Positions 49,794-60,216 of a stretch of 64,000 nucleotides of DNA are shown one piece after another (position 1 is the first letter of the stretch; the number at the start of each line of letters is the position of its first letter). A program made the translations under genes and the position numbers. Location of the stretch: positions 34,782,001-34,846,000 of the forward strand of contig CM060732.1 in NCBI GenBank assembly GCA_030704615.1, given 5' to 3'. The notes under the pieces are model-generated. The model searched no databases. It saw only the letters and a list, made by a program, of their open reading frames with translations, and was not told where the DNA came from. Source of the DNA: Takakia lepidozioides (lineage: Eukaryota > Plantae > Bryophyta).

Positions 49794-50490
49794 GATGTGT
49801 CACCTCTGGGAGAGCAGGATGACATGTATGGTATGGCGGAGTTGCCTGCCATGGTTGCTCACACTCCATTGTGGGGCTCGAGCAAGGATTTGCAGCGGGT
49901 TGCTGATCGACAGGTGCAACAAGCCTGGGAAGAGGCTTTTGTACCGTTATGAGAGGAGGACAGTGCGTGGATTGCACCAGGACCACCTCAGTTGTCACCA
50001 TTGGACACCACACCGATCATGTGGCAGTGTCCGGATGAAGGCATTTGCCTTTTGGACTTGTTTGGCGGGATCAGCACCGGATTGGCTGCTGTTCTATAGG
50101 CAGGTATACGGGTACGGCGTTACCTGTATGGGAGAGGGATGAGACTGCACGACGCGTCTCCCTACGCCGTGTTGCTCAGTTGGTGCAGTAGTACCCTGAG
50201 TTGTTGCCGGTGTCTGCAGTTAGTGGATATCAGCAGGCCTTTCTAGCAGACATTTCGTTGCTGGGGGCGCAGGATTTGGATCGGGTTGGCTCCATTGATT
50301 TGGTAGTGGCAGGTTGGCCCTGCCAAGGGCATTCATCAGCTGGGCATGGCAATGGATTGCGAGACTCGAGGTCGGGTCTGTTTTGGGAGATGGTGCGGGT
50401 TTTGCGCCACTTACAGCTTTATCAGGCTGTATCTCTAGCATACATCTTGGAGAATGTGTCACTAATGGGCGATTCTCGGGCCAGGGTGAT
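49794..50490 (+). pseudogene. Second fragment of Gypsy-DNMT pol (DNMT motifs I-VI)
   Basis: Paralogous to 37568-38262: DLFGGISTGL, VAGWPCQGHS, YILENV. Confidence 0.92.
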
Positions 50491-50634
50491 CTCTCTTCTT
50501 TCTTTTTCTCTCTTCTCTTTCTCGCTCTCTCTCTTGTACCATCTTGCTATCTTGGAGGCTACTGCAAGCAATGTCTTATGAGTACATACTCTTGTACCAT
50601 GGATCTCTGCAATGATTATGCATTTGTCCTTCAA

Positions 50635-50845
50635 GATCCAAGCATAAAGGACATGGCAGAGAAGAAAGCCAAGGACCTTGTCTTCAACCAGATGGCACAG
50701 CAGCTGCAACAGAGTGTGGAGAACGTGGGACAAGACGACATTCCACAGTTGGATACGAACCAGTACATCAAATGCTATGCAGCAAGTCATGCAGAACCCG
50801 GAATTTATGACCATGGCTGAACGCCTTGGTAATGCCCTCATGCAG
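50635..50845 (+). pseudogene. AKR2: Isolated exon fragment of ankyrin repeat protein AKR2 (N-terminal STI1-like region)
   Basis: DPSIKDMAE..AKDLVFNQMAQQLQ...(frameshift)..MQQVMQNPEFMTMAERLGNALMQ|gt. Confidence 0.8.
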
Positions 50846-51909
50846 GTGCTCTCTCCTCACTTGCTGAAACACACATACCACTTTTCAGTCCGAAGTTTTT
50901 GTCCCCAGTGAAGTTGACATAAGTTAAACCCAGTTTTCGACCTGTATGCGGTGTGATGTGAGCATCTGTGACATCAGCAGCAAAAGTATATAAACCTATT
51001 GACCACAATCAGCATACCAATCAGCAGACAGTGTCTGGGGACTGAATGACTGAATCAGTGAGCAAAAGAGCAAAATGATTCTTAGTCAAGACAAGCAGGC
51101 ATACGTGAAGCAGTATTCCTTGTCATTTATGATGCAGTCCTTGACCACCCCTCCCATCCTCAGATTCTGCCTCTCTTACCAAGCACATTTAGGAAGTGTT
51201 CACATGTAGTGCATCTTGCATGTGGCTACTGTTTTCCCCCAAAATATCTCCAAGAGTAGCTCTCTCTTTCTTGGCTCCCCCATGAAGCAACCGAGATCAT
51301 AACCTTCCTTTCCTTCAACCTCTTTGATGTCGTTTTGTCTGGCCCATGTAGAGACTGTTTGCAGATGGGTTAGCAGCACCTATTGATTGAGACAACCAGA
51401 TGGTGGTACCACTGGAAGGGATTGTCCAATAAACACTACTTATTTATCATTTGTCCTGCCTTAATGAGATTGAGGGCAAGAGGCTAAACTGTTGTTCTTC
51501 TACATTCCAGTCATCACAGTCAGCTTTCCACTTCGTAATATTCTTTCATTGATCATTTCCATGTAGAACCAGACATCCACACTATAGGTAACAAAGTATC
51601 AAACTGCTAAGAAACAGATCCACATTTTGCGGCGGATTGCATTCGCCATGCTGCTGCCATTTGTGCAATGTGGCAATGTGGCACCTTGCTACAAAAGGCG
51701 CCATTCACAAATCTCCAAAGCCTCCCTGCCGCACCCAGTACATAAACAGAGTACACATTAGTTCCCCACTAATTCTGAATTTCATCTTCATGCCCAAGCA
51801 ACACGGTTTCTCTTTCAAACTTCAGAGATCCCCTTGATTTTCAGATTTGGGCCACAAAAGAATCCATGAAATGTCAAAAAATAATAATCCTCTGAAAGCA
51901 CTAACCTTA

Positions 51910-52235
51910 TCATGCGTGTAAAATGTGACGACAAACAATCTCTCGTAGCTCAGCACCTACATTCAGGCCCCTGTCGACAACCGGCTCTTTATCATGAGCT
52001 AGATGATCTCGCTCCCTGATTGCTTCAAGCGCATCCATCTCGTTGAATACATCATCAAAGTCCACTTCCTTGAAGTCCACAAGTATGTTGTAAAGGATGC
52101 AACATGCATGGACCACCTGTGGTAGAAATGTAATATCAAGGCCTCTTCTCCAACCCACTTCCTTGAAGATTCGTTTGAGCCGTCCAAATGCAATCTCACT
52201 ATAAATCCTCGCTTTTGACAACTGATGCACTACAA
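51910..52235 (-). mobile_element. PIF/Harbinger transposase (DDE_Tnp_4) C-terminal fragment
   Basis: HQLSKARIYSEIAFGRLKRIF..VVHACCILYNIL..RE.VCRHI. Confidence 0.8.
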
Positions 52236-52551
52236 CACACCCTATGTAATTTCGACGATTTTGTTTGACGTTGGCGTTGACTGTTGTCACTTTCGACTGT
52301 TCCAACCATTTTTCAAACAAAATTTATATTAAAATATTCGAGGTGCTAGACAACCGCGAAAATTTTGACTGTAGTGAGAAACTTTGACTACCTAAAATGA
52401 GCTGACTGAGACAACCAGTTAAGTAATGGCACGTGTAATCACAATATATAAATTATATAGCAATATATATGTGGATAATAAGAAGTAAAACAACTTAACT
52501 ACGTTTTAACTGACCCAACTCATTAATAGTAAACTAATCGTGTGCCGGTTA

Positions 52552-52870
52552 AGGTTAGTGAAACAAAACAACTAAATTATCTGAATGAATGATAAAAAAA
52601 ACGCCTTTCTGGCAGCTATTGGATGAACGTATGAAAGGTTAGTGAAACAAGACAACTGAATTATGTGAACGAATGATAAACAAACGCTTTGCTGGCAGCT
52701 ATTGGATGAACATATGAAAGGTTAGTGAAACAAAACAACTGAACTATCTGAACGAATGATAAACAAACGCCTTGCTGGCAGTTATTGGATGAACGTACGA
52801 AATATAATTTTTGTGCACTGGATGAACGATAAATCAAACACCTTGCTGGCATTGGATGAATGTAGGAACG
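52552..52870. repeat. Tandem repeat, ~83-bp unit, 3 copies plus partial
   Basis: ggttagtgaaacaa.acaact.aa.tat.tgaa.gaatgataaa..aacgc..t.ctggcag.tattggatgaac at ~52553, 52637 and 52720. Confidence 0.9.
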
Positions 52871-53096
52871 AATGATAATGAAAATGCTGCTGCAAGCATG
52901 GCATTCCACAACTCCCAATCTCGTTGAGCCATATTGTTTAACACTCCCACACTTGGCATACATGTCCACGAGGGTATTGTTCATGGTACAATTCCATCTT
53001 TGGTGATGCAACCATGCACCTCTTTGCCCTTTTCCAGGGCTGCCAGGCTTCGACACGAACTACAAACGCACACAAACGTGATGTGCTCGGGCTTCA

Positions 53097-53443
53097 CCCC
53101 TGCCCCCATCAATTGCTCTCTCTCAGCTGCCTAGTAGAATATGCATATGAAAAACTTTTAAAGATACCATGTACTAACCAGCACTTTCTTGCTTCCACTG
53201 TCTTGAATATTCCACCCCTGCCCCATCAATTGCTCTCTCTCAACTGCTTAGAATATGCATATGAAAAACTTTTAAAGATACCATGTACTAACCAGCACTT
53301 TCTTGCTTCCACTGTCTTGAATATTCCACCCCTGCCCCCATCAATTGCTCTCTCTCAGCTGCCTAGAATATGCATATGAAAAACTTTTAAAGATACCATG
53401 TACTAACCAGCACTTTCTTGCTTCCACTGTCTTGAATATTCCA
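53097..53443. repeat. Tandem repeat, ~115-118-bp unit, 3 copies
   Basis: cccctgccccatcaattgctctctctca...gaatatgcatatgaaaaacttttaaagataccatgtactaaccagcac...gaatattcca at ~53097, 53215 and 53329. Confidence 0.95.
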
Positions 53444-53644
53444 TTCATTTAGATCCGGCTAAAGTGCCTCGTAAGCAGCTGGAAAGTAACTTCAAGCTCC
53501 CTTTCTCAAGCAGCACTTTCAACATTATGACTAGATCCGCTTGCATGCATACAATGCTTGGTAATTCCATGACCAATCCTAATGGGATGTAGAGATTCCG
53601 AAGCCCCCCTCCCCTCACTTATGGAACAAGGTATCTTCAACCCA

Positions 53645-53845
53645 CAAAAGATCTGCAACATTTGAAGGCAGCTCCTTGATAACAGTGTTGTAGAACCTTT
53701 GGAGGTCTTGGAGCATGCGCTCATCATCCTTTGAGACAAAATTAATGGCCACACCCTTGTGCCCAAAACGCCCACTGCGGCCAATACGGTGGAAATACTT
53801 CTCCGGCTGGGTGGGCAGGTCATAGTTAATGACCAGGGACACCTG
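53645..53845 (-). pseudogene. eIF4A: C-terminal fragment of eukaryotic initiation factor 4A (DEAD-box helicase)
   Basis: [54 protein letters not shown]. The position of the normal stop reads TGG. Confidence 0.92.
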
Positions 53846-55002
53846 ATACTTTCTTCGCGTCCTCAATGCACCCACATTTGCCATACATGTTCACCAGGGT
53901 ATTGTTCAGAATGAGATCTGGTACAATTCCAGCTTGGATGATGTCACCACGGACCTGTTTGCTCTTTTCAAGGGCTGACAGGCTCACACACATTGCAAAC
54001 GCAAACAAATGTGATGTGGTTCGGCCTCACCCCTTCTCGCATCATGTGCTCATAGGTCTCCCAAGCCTCCATCCTGCACCCCTACTGTGCATATCCTGCA
54101 ATCATTGCGTTCCATGACACCACATCTCTGTCAGCCATATTGTTGAACACTCCATTTGCGTCCTCAATGCACCCACATTTGGCATACATATCCACCAGGG
54201 TATTGTTCATAATGACATTTGGTACAATTCCACCTTTGATAATGTCACCATGGACCTCTTTGCCCTTTTCCAGGGCTGCCTGGCTCGCACAAGCATTGCA
54301 AACACAAACAAACGTGATGTGGTTAGGCTTCACCCCTTCCTGTACCATTTGCTCATAGGTCTCCAAAGCCTCCATCCCCCGCCCCTGCTGTGCATATCCT
54401 GCAATCATTGCATTCCACGACACCACATTTTGTTCAGCCATACTGTCAAACACTCCCTTTGCATCTTCAATGCTCCGGCTTTTGGCATACATGTCCACCA
54501 AGGCAGTGTTTAGGATGACAGCTGGCACAATTCCAGCTTTGACAATGGCACCATGGACCTCTTTGCCCTTTCCCAAGGCTGCCAGGCTCGCACACGCATT
54601 GCAAATGCAAACAAACGTAATGTGGTTCGGCTTCACCCCTTCCCGCATCATTGCCTCATATGTCTCCAAAGCATTCCTTCCACACCCATGCTTGGTAAAT
54701 CCTGCCATCATTATATTCCATGTGCTCAACCATCGTTGAGGCATTTTGTTGAACACTTGGTGAGCGTCCACAATGCTCCCACACTTAACATACATGTTAA
54801 CAAGGTTGTTGTGTAGAAAAACGTTTGGCTCGAATCCACTTTGGATAATGTGAGCGTGCACCTGCTTTCCAGCTTGCAGGTCTTTCATCTTGATGCACTT
54901 ATGCAAGAGACTGACATAAGTATCTGAATCTGCTGAAATGCCTCCTTGGTTTAAAGTCTGTAGAGCCTCTTTTAGTCGCCCTGCCTCACATAGCATCCTC
55001 AC

Positions 55003-56050
55003 ATGCCCATAAGTGCCCGAAGAGGCATTGTGGCAAAGTCTGGAAATAGGTTGTCAATGGATTTCCATTGCTTACTGTCAACTGCATGGCGTACAAGTCC
55101 ATCAGTGCTTGCATTCCTTGAATGCCATGTCATCAGTTCAGCGATGGTTTTACAACTGTACATCCTCTTCAGTCTTGGTATTAAGGGGAAGTGACGCAAT
55201 ACCTTCACAGGGAGAGCCTTCCTACCCACATCAACAAACCGGGGCTCGTTGCACTTGGGGCAATGTGTCCTGTCACGGTGTACACCACGGAAAATGACAC
55301 ATCCCTTTGGACATGCATGAATCACATTGTAACTAAGCCCAAGCTTTCATATCATGGTTGAGGCTTTGTAATCTGTTGATGGCAATGTGTTGGGGGGGGG
55401 GGAGGAGAATTGACCTTTTCAGGATACATAGCAGCTCATTTGTGAATGTTGATGACTCACGGTGAGTCCGGCAGGCATTCAACAAAACCAAGGTGGCAGA
55501 CAAACAATCTATGGTGCTCCCAACATACAATGGTGTCTTTAGCGCATCCTGGAACTTAAGATAGTTAGGGTCAATGTTGGGGGCATCGTCCTCTTGCCAT
55601 CCATCTGAATCCTCCTCTGAGGAAGAGTCACCTTGTCGACCATCATGAATTGGTACCCCATCCTGACTTCCTTCCCCTCCGCCCCCCCTCTATGGCTCCT
55701 TCAGGCGCTGGTCTACCTTCCAGTCTCATGTTAGATCGAGCAAGTTCGGCAGCCTCGTCTCCAAGGCGGAATGCCTCACTCAACATCCTCATCCCATCCA
55801 TTTGCATGTCATTATCCAGTTGTGGGGTGTTGTAATGCTGCCCAAAGTAGGCAGCATTCCAGTCTTCATCTGAAGAGTCCCCTTCATCACTTGGGTGCTT
55901 TACCCTTAGTCTGGGGTCCCTACCTTCAACTGCAAGGTGCCTTTGGACCACCCACCTCAATCTCTTAACCCCCCCATGGCAAACTCTGCACGGACAACGA
56001 ACCTTTCTGCATCCCAACGCATTGGCACGACGCTCCTCTCGTTGCCACAA
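55003..56050 (-). mobile_element. Second CACTA TnpD-like transposase, N-terminal fragment
   Basis: CPCRVC..VVQRHL, TPLYVGS, IHACPKGCVIFRG..CPKCNEPRF..KVLRHFPLIPRLKRMY..DSKQW. It is truncated against the PPR pseudogene. Confidence 0.88.
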
Positions 56051-56769
56051 CTTTTCATCTCGCTTGCGTATCCTCCTAGGGTCAGAAATGCTTTCCCAAC
56101 TCCCTGCTGGGCCGCCGCGTGACCCTGCTCTTCAGAGGCGGAGTGCTCGGATTCAAGAGAGTGCCATGGGAGGCAACGACCGACGTCTTGTGGTGGAGTC
56201 TGACGATTCGGAGAAGAGTTTCGATAGTGAGGCGGATAGATTGTTCCAAGCAGATGAGGCCGACGACTCGAAGGAATCAAGCGCAGAGGCAGAACCCCCA
56301 TCCCCGAAACGGATGAATGCGTTTTCCACCAAGATGCCACGATAAAACCGATGCTAGTTTTTGCTCTCTCTCCCACTCTGTTTCTTGTGTCCTTATCATT
56401 TGCATTCATTTGTTTCATGCCCAAATTCTTGGTTACCTGGTCAGTGTTGTCCTGAACGAGAGGGACGAGGGTTATGTCTTGTAGTGATTACCAAAATGTA
56501 TGTTACTTCATGATGAGAAATGCAGGAAAGGAAGATTAGAGTTGCAGATTGCGACACTGAAACCCCAAGTTCGACAGAAGTCTCAGCCTGTGACATATGG
56601 GCATTTCACGCCCACAAACTTCAAGGGGTCAGCCTTTAACCTCCACAGTTACGACTCCTTCAAGTACAGACTTTGTGATCTTGTAGGATCGTGCAAAACG
56701 ACAGAAGGGCTGTAGTTCAAAGACCCCTACATCCCTGCAGCCCCAATCTCTCCTGGTGGCCAAGGCTGG

Positions 56770-57735
56770 TTGTATGGGACTGTCGGGCAGATGTACCCTG
56801 TATCATCATCATCCTTCCAGCAGCCTGCATCAGGAGGCAATTACAACCAACAGCCTCAGTACATACAGCCCCCTTTCCAGGGTGCTCCGGTGCAGTTTGG
56901 AAACCAGCCTGGTTTTCACAACTTTGGGAGCAACAACCAGCCTTCTGTGTTGCCGTTTCCTTGCCAACAACAACAGAGCCAACATGGTGGTGCAATGGGG
57001 CAAGCTGCCCACCCAAATTGGGGGCTTTTGGGAGGATGGGGTGCTGGACCTGTAGGTGATGCCATCATCAAGGGCGAAGCAGTAGCAAAGGATGTACAGC
57101 CAGCGGTGGAGGGGGCAGCAGCAAAGGCGCGGAGGGCAGAGCTTCGACGGGAAGCAAGGAAAGACGATAAGGACTTACAGAAGCAGTGGAAGCGCAGTGC
57201 CTCAGAAGGTCAGCCTGTCTACACAATTACTACTACTAAGATAGGTGACATTGCGAAGGGGAAGTCGAAATGGCAAACAAAGATAAAAGGCCACGTGATA
57301 CGCTGTCTTGACTTTGGGGCCAGGGGAATTAAACACCAGAATGAGGATAAGATAAATTTCATTGTCAAGGAGATGCAAATTGAGTTCCGGTATGCACCAT
57401 TTCCTCTGAAGGCAAACGCAGTTCGTACCTACATAATGAATTTCATGAAGAGTGAGAGATCTCTCTGGAAGAGAGAGTGGACTGCACACAATCCCAGGCC
57501 CGATGATTGTCCTCCACATGCGTGGAAGAGCTTGGTGGGATGGTGGTCATCGAAAGAGGGGCAGGAGGAGGCCGAAGACAGGGCTGCATCTCGTGCTGCG
57601 GTAAAAAAAGGGAAGCCACGTTGGACGGGCTGGAATTGCAGGGACAACTGCCAAATTGGTAAGATGACTTATATGTATATTGCATGGGTTGACGCAATTT
57701 GTAATTTTGCCACTTCAATGTCTGCGTTCACCTAA
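56770..57735 (+). CDS. Putative CACTA TnpA-like (Ptta/En/Spm, Transposase_24-like) protein, partial
   Basis: P..CPPHAWKSLVGWWSSKEGQEEAEDRAASR resembles the W..LV..W.S motif of that family, and the ORF is adjacent to the TnpD fragment. Confidence 0.55.
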   Translation: MYGTVGQMYPVSSSSFQQPASGGNYNQQPQYIQPPFQGAPVQFGNQPGFHNFGSNNQPSVLPFPCQQQQSQHGGAMGQAAHPNWGLLGGWGAGPVGDAIIKGEAVAKDVQPAVEGAAAKARRAELRREARKDDKDLQKQWKRSASEGQPVYTITTTKIGDIAKGKSKWQTKIKGHVIRCLDFGARGIKHQNEDKINFIVKEMQIEFRYAPFPLKANAVRTYIMNFMKSERSLWKREWTAHNPRPDDCPPHAWKSLVGWWSSKEGQEEAEDRAASRAAVKKGKPRWTGWNCRDNCQIGKMTYMYIAWVDAICNFATSMSAFT

Positions 57736-58202
57736 TGGGTCTTATTGTGGCTGTACACAGGGGAAAGAAAGCGAAGGAAGCCCATCCATACAGGCCTTAA
57801 CTGCAGCGTTGACAACTCCCAAAGGATACTCGGAGACTCGAAGTGCAAGGGTAAGACTATCTAACTTATAACTCAGGTTTGGGGCTTCATGCTTGGAGCA
57901 CCTTTTATTTTTTCCTGATAGTGGAGATGAAGGAGGCTGGATGGAGATGATGTGATTGAAGATTGTGGGGAGGAGGGTACCATTTGGAATGTTGGTGCTT
58001 GAGATATGGTAATTAAACACGGAGCTGGCAGCTGTTTGAGGTATATGGTGATGATGTTCATTGGGATGTAACTGCTGCAACCTGCCCCTGATGTCTAGTA
58101 CATGTCTTTGGTATTTTGTCAGTCACTAACTTGTAGCATCTCCACGTTAGGTCAATGATTTTGTGTCACTATTAGATTAGTACTAGAGCCTTATAGTGTC
58201 AC

Positions 58203-58990
58203 GTGGAGGAGGTGCACATTGTGAGTGTCATTACGGAGTTACCCAAGGGTGGTGAGGGGAGTACGGCTACAGGCAGTAACAGTGAGAGTGGGTTCACAAG
58301 ACGAGGTATTCGGTTCAGACCACCTTCACCGCCACCCTCAATTACTGTAGAGTCAGACACAGACTCGGAGGCTTCATCAACAGGTGTGCACTTTCATTCG
58401 CCATTGTTGTGGGACGACATGGAGGAGATGTATGGAGCTACCAAGGGGCCTCGTAGGTACTCTGGAGCTGTGGGCACAATCGAGTTGGATGACTTTATCC
58501 AGGAGTTCGACAGCTGGTGTGATTTGCAGCAGATGCGCAATCCACAGCTATTCACCCCATTCATGGCGTGGAAGGGACTGTTCCAGCATTTGGAAGGCCC
58601 GCCTATGGACGATTACCACGAGTTCAGGCGAGGACATGAAGCAGAGATTGAGGAGTGGAGGATGTATTGGTCACCTGACTATATTTCCATTACTCGAGGC
58701 ACGACGCGACCAGTAGCTGCATCAGTACTAATAGCTCCCACTGCCAGCACTAGTAGTGGAGCAGGTAGTGCTGGTACTTCTGCAGGTGGTACCAGTTCAA
58801 AAGGTGCTACTACTCCTCCTGCCACAACTACAACACATGTGCCTAGATTCAACCCGGTGGTGGAGTTCTTCCAGGAGTTGCGGAGGAACTACCAAGGTGT
58901 ACGGACAGAGAAGCTGCGAAGTTTGCAAGACTTCCAGCGCAAACCCAGTGAGAGCCTGCGAGAGGCGTACACTCGTATGAGGCGCTTGGG
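58203..58990 (+). mobile_element. Gypsy gag N-terminal fragment
   Basis: PRRYSG..LDDFIQEFDSWC ... LRSLQDFQRKPSESLREAYTRMRRL (Retrotrans_gag Q..ES...Y..R motif). Confidence 0.75.
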
Positions 58991-59466
58991 TGGGCACCTG
59001 TTGCAGTTTTAAGGGTCATATTCCAATGGCTCAGGGCACCTGCACCTGCATCCACCGCAAGAACTCCTATGGTTGGCTGGTCATCAACCCAGCCTCACCA
59101 TAGAAGAAACACTGGTGGTCTTGCTGGTCATCACTCCAGCCTCACCACCGACAGCATACTCTAGGATTGACCGGTGATCAAATCCGGCCTAATCCCTATG
59201 AAAGCAAGCGCCCACACAAAACCAACATGGCGCACAGTCAAGCATGCAGGTGTTGGGGGGATCCAAACACAAGAAATCAAAACATCAACACCCCCACACC
59301 AAAATCCAGCTGCAATGCTGATCCTGCAGAATATCCCAGCCCAAAACCCCGGACTGACTGGCCTCCACCAAGAGAGGCTTTGGCAACTACAAGTACAAGG
59401 TAATGAAAATAGTACAGAGATGGAGGGGAAGAATAGAAGCCCGACCAAGCAAGATCTAATCCTGAT

Positions 59467-60216
59467 CTATGCTATCAACTGCCAGACTTCTCTCAAAGTG
59501 CCTCGCTCTGCATGATGGTAAGGTGTAGGAGGTATATCTATGTCCAGAAACCTGCCACTAACCTTGTCCCAAGCTACAGTAGCTTGCTCTAACCAACCCT
59601 TCTCCTCTTTCTGCCAGGTAGAGACAAAGCAATACTCCCCTATCTCCCGCTCACTGAACACTAAAGAAAACAAAGGTAGGGTCTGATAGTCTCTCAACTC
59701 GAAAGCTTTGAGACGGTTGCGGGTGTCCTCATTGCGAATGACTGCATCTCCTTCACGCACAACAAACATGTCATTGCTGATGAACCCCCGCTCGTGGTTG
59801 CCCTGTGCAGAGCGTATCCGGCTGCAACCATGTCTGATTGCACAAACTTGTGTAGCTCCTGCTCCTCTGCTCCAGTACACCACGGCCTTGTGACTGAACA
59901 CCTTGGTCCCCGGGGCTGTCTTTGGCTGTGTTTCAAGCCTAGCTTTCACCCACTTTGGTATTTCACCTACAGCTGCAGAACTGCTGGCTCCAACAGAGTT
60001 CTGACTGTCCAAGGCGATATTGAGGCCCTCAATGCCAACTACAGCAGTCTGTTGTCTACTGCTAATGCCTGACTCCCAGTATGCAATCAACTCGTCCAAC
60101 TGTTCTCCACTCAAATCAGTCTGAGTTCCTTGGGAAACATAAATCTTGTCCCCTTTGGTGCACAGGCTAAGAGAAGAGACCTGCCCTTCAACGACGTCCT
60201 CATTTCCCCCAGCCAT
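59467..60216 (-). CDS. Hypothetical 249-aa ORF
   Basis: ATG-initiated, uninterrupted and of normal composition. No motif recognised. Confidence 0.3.
   Translation of the reverse strand: MAGGNEDVVEGQVSSLSLCTKGDKIYVSQGTQTDLSGEQLDELIAYWESGISSRQQTAVVGIEGLNIALDSQNSVGASSSAAVGEIPKWVKARLETQPKTAPGTKVFSHKAVVYWSRGAGATQVCAIRHGCSRIRSAQGNHERGFISNDMFVVREGDAVIRNEDTRNRLKAFELRDYQTLPLFSLVFSEREIGEYCFVSTWQKEEKGWLEQATVAWDKVSGRFLDIDIPPTPYHHAERGTLREVWQLIA

Larger units (their letters stand above)
52900..55002 (-). pseudogene. PLS-class PPR pseudogene, interrupted
   Basis: 306-aa ORF 54082-55002 of canonical P-L-S repeats ends at a TAG. Repeats continue at 53850-54080 and 52900-53100, separated by an eIF4A fragment and a tandem repeat. 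Confidence 0.93.

Noticed and set aside
52365-52376. TGTAGTG as the missing right end of the CACTA starting at 25874
   Set aside because: Only ~8 bp match the left terminus, there are no GCGACG subterminal repeats, and the flank AGA does not match the left flank ATT.
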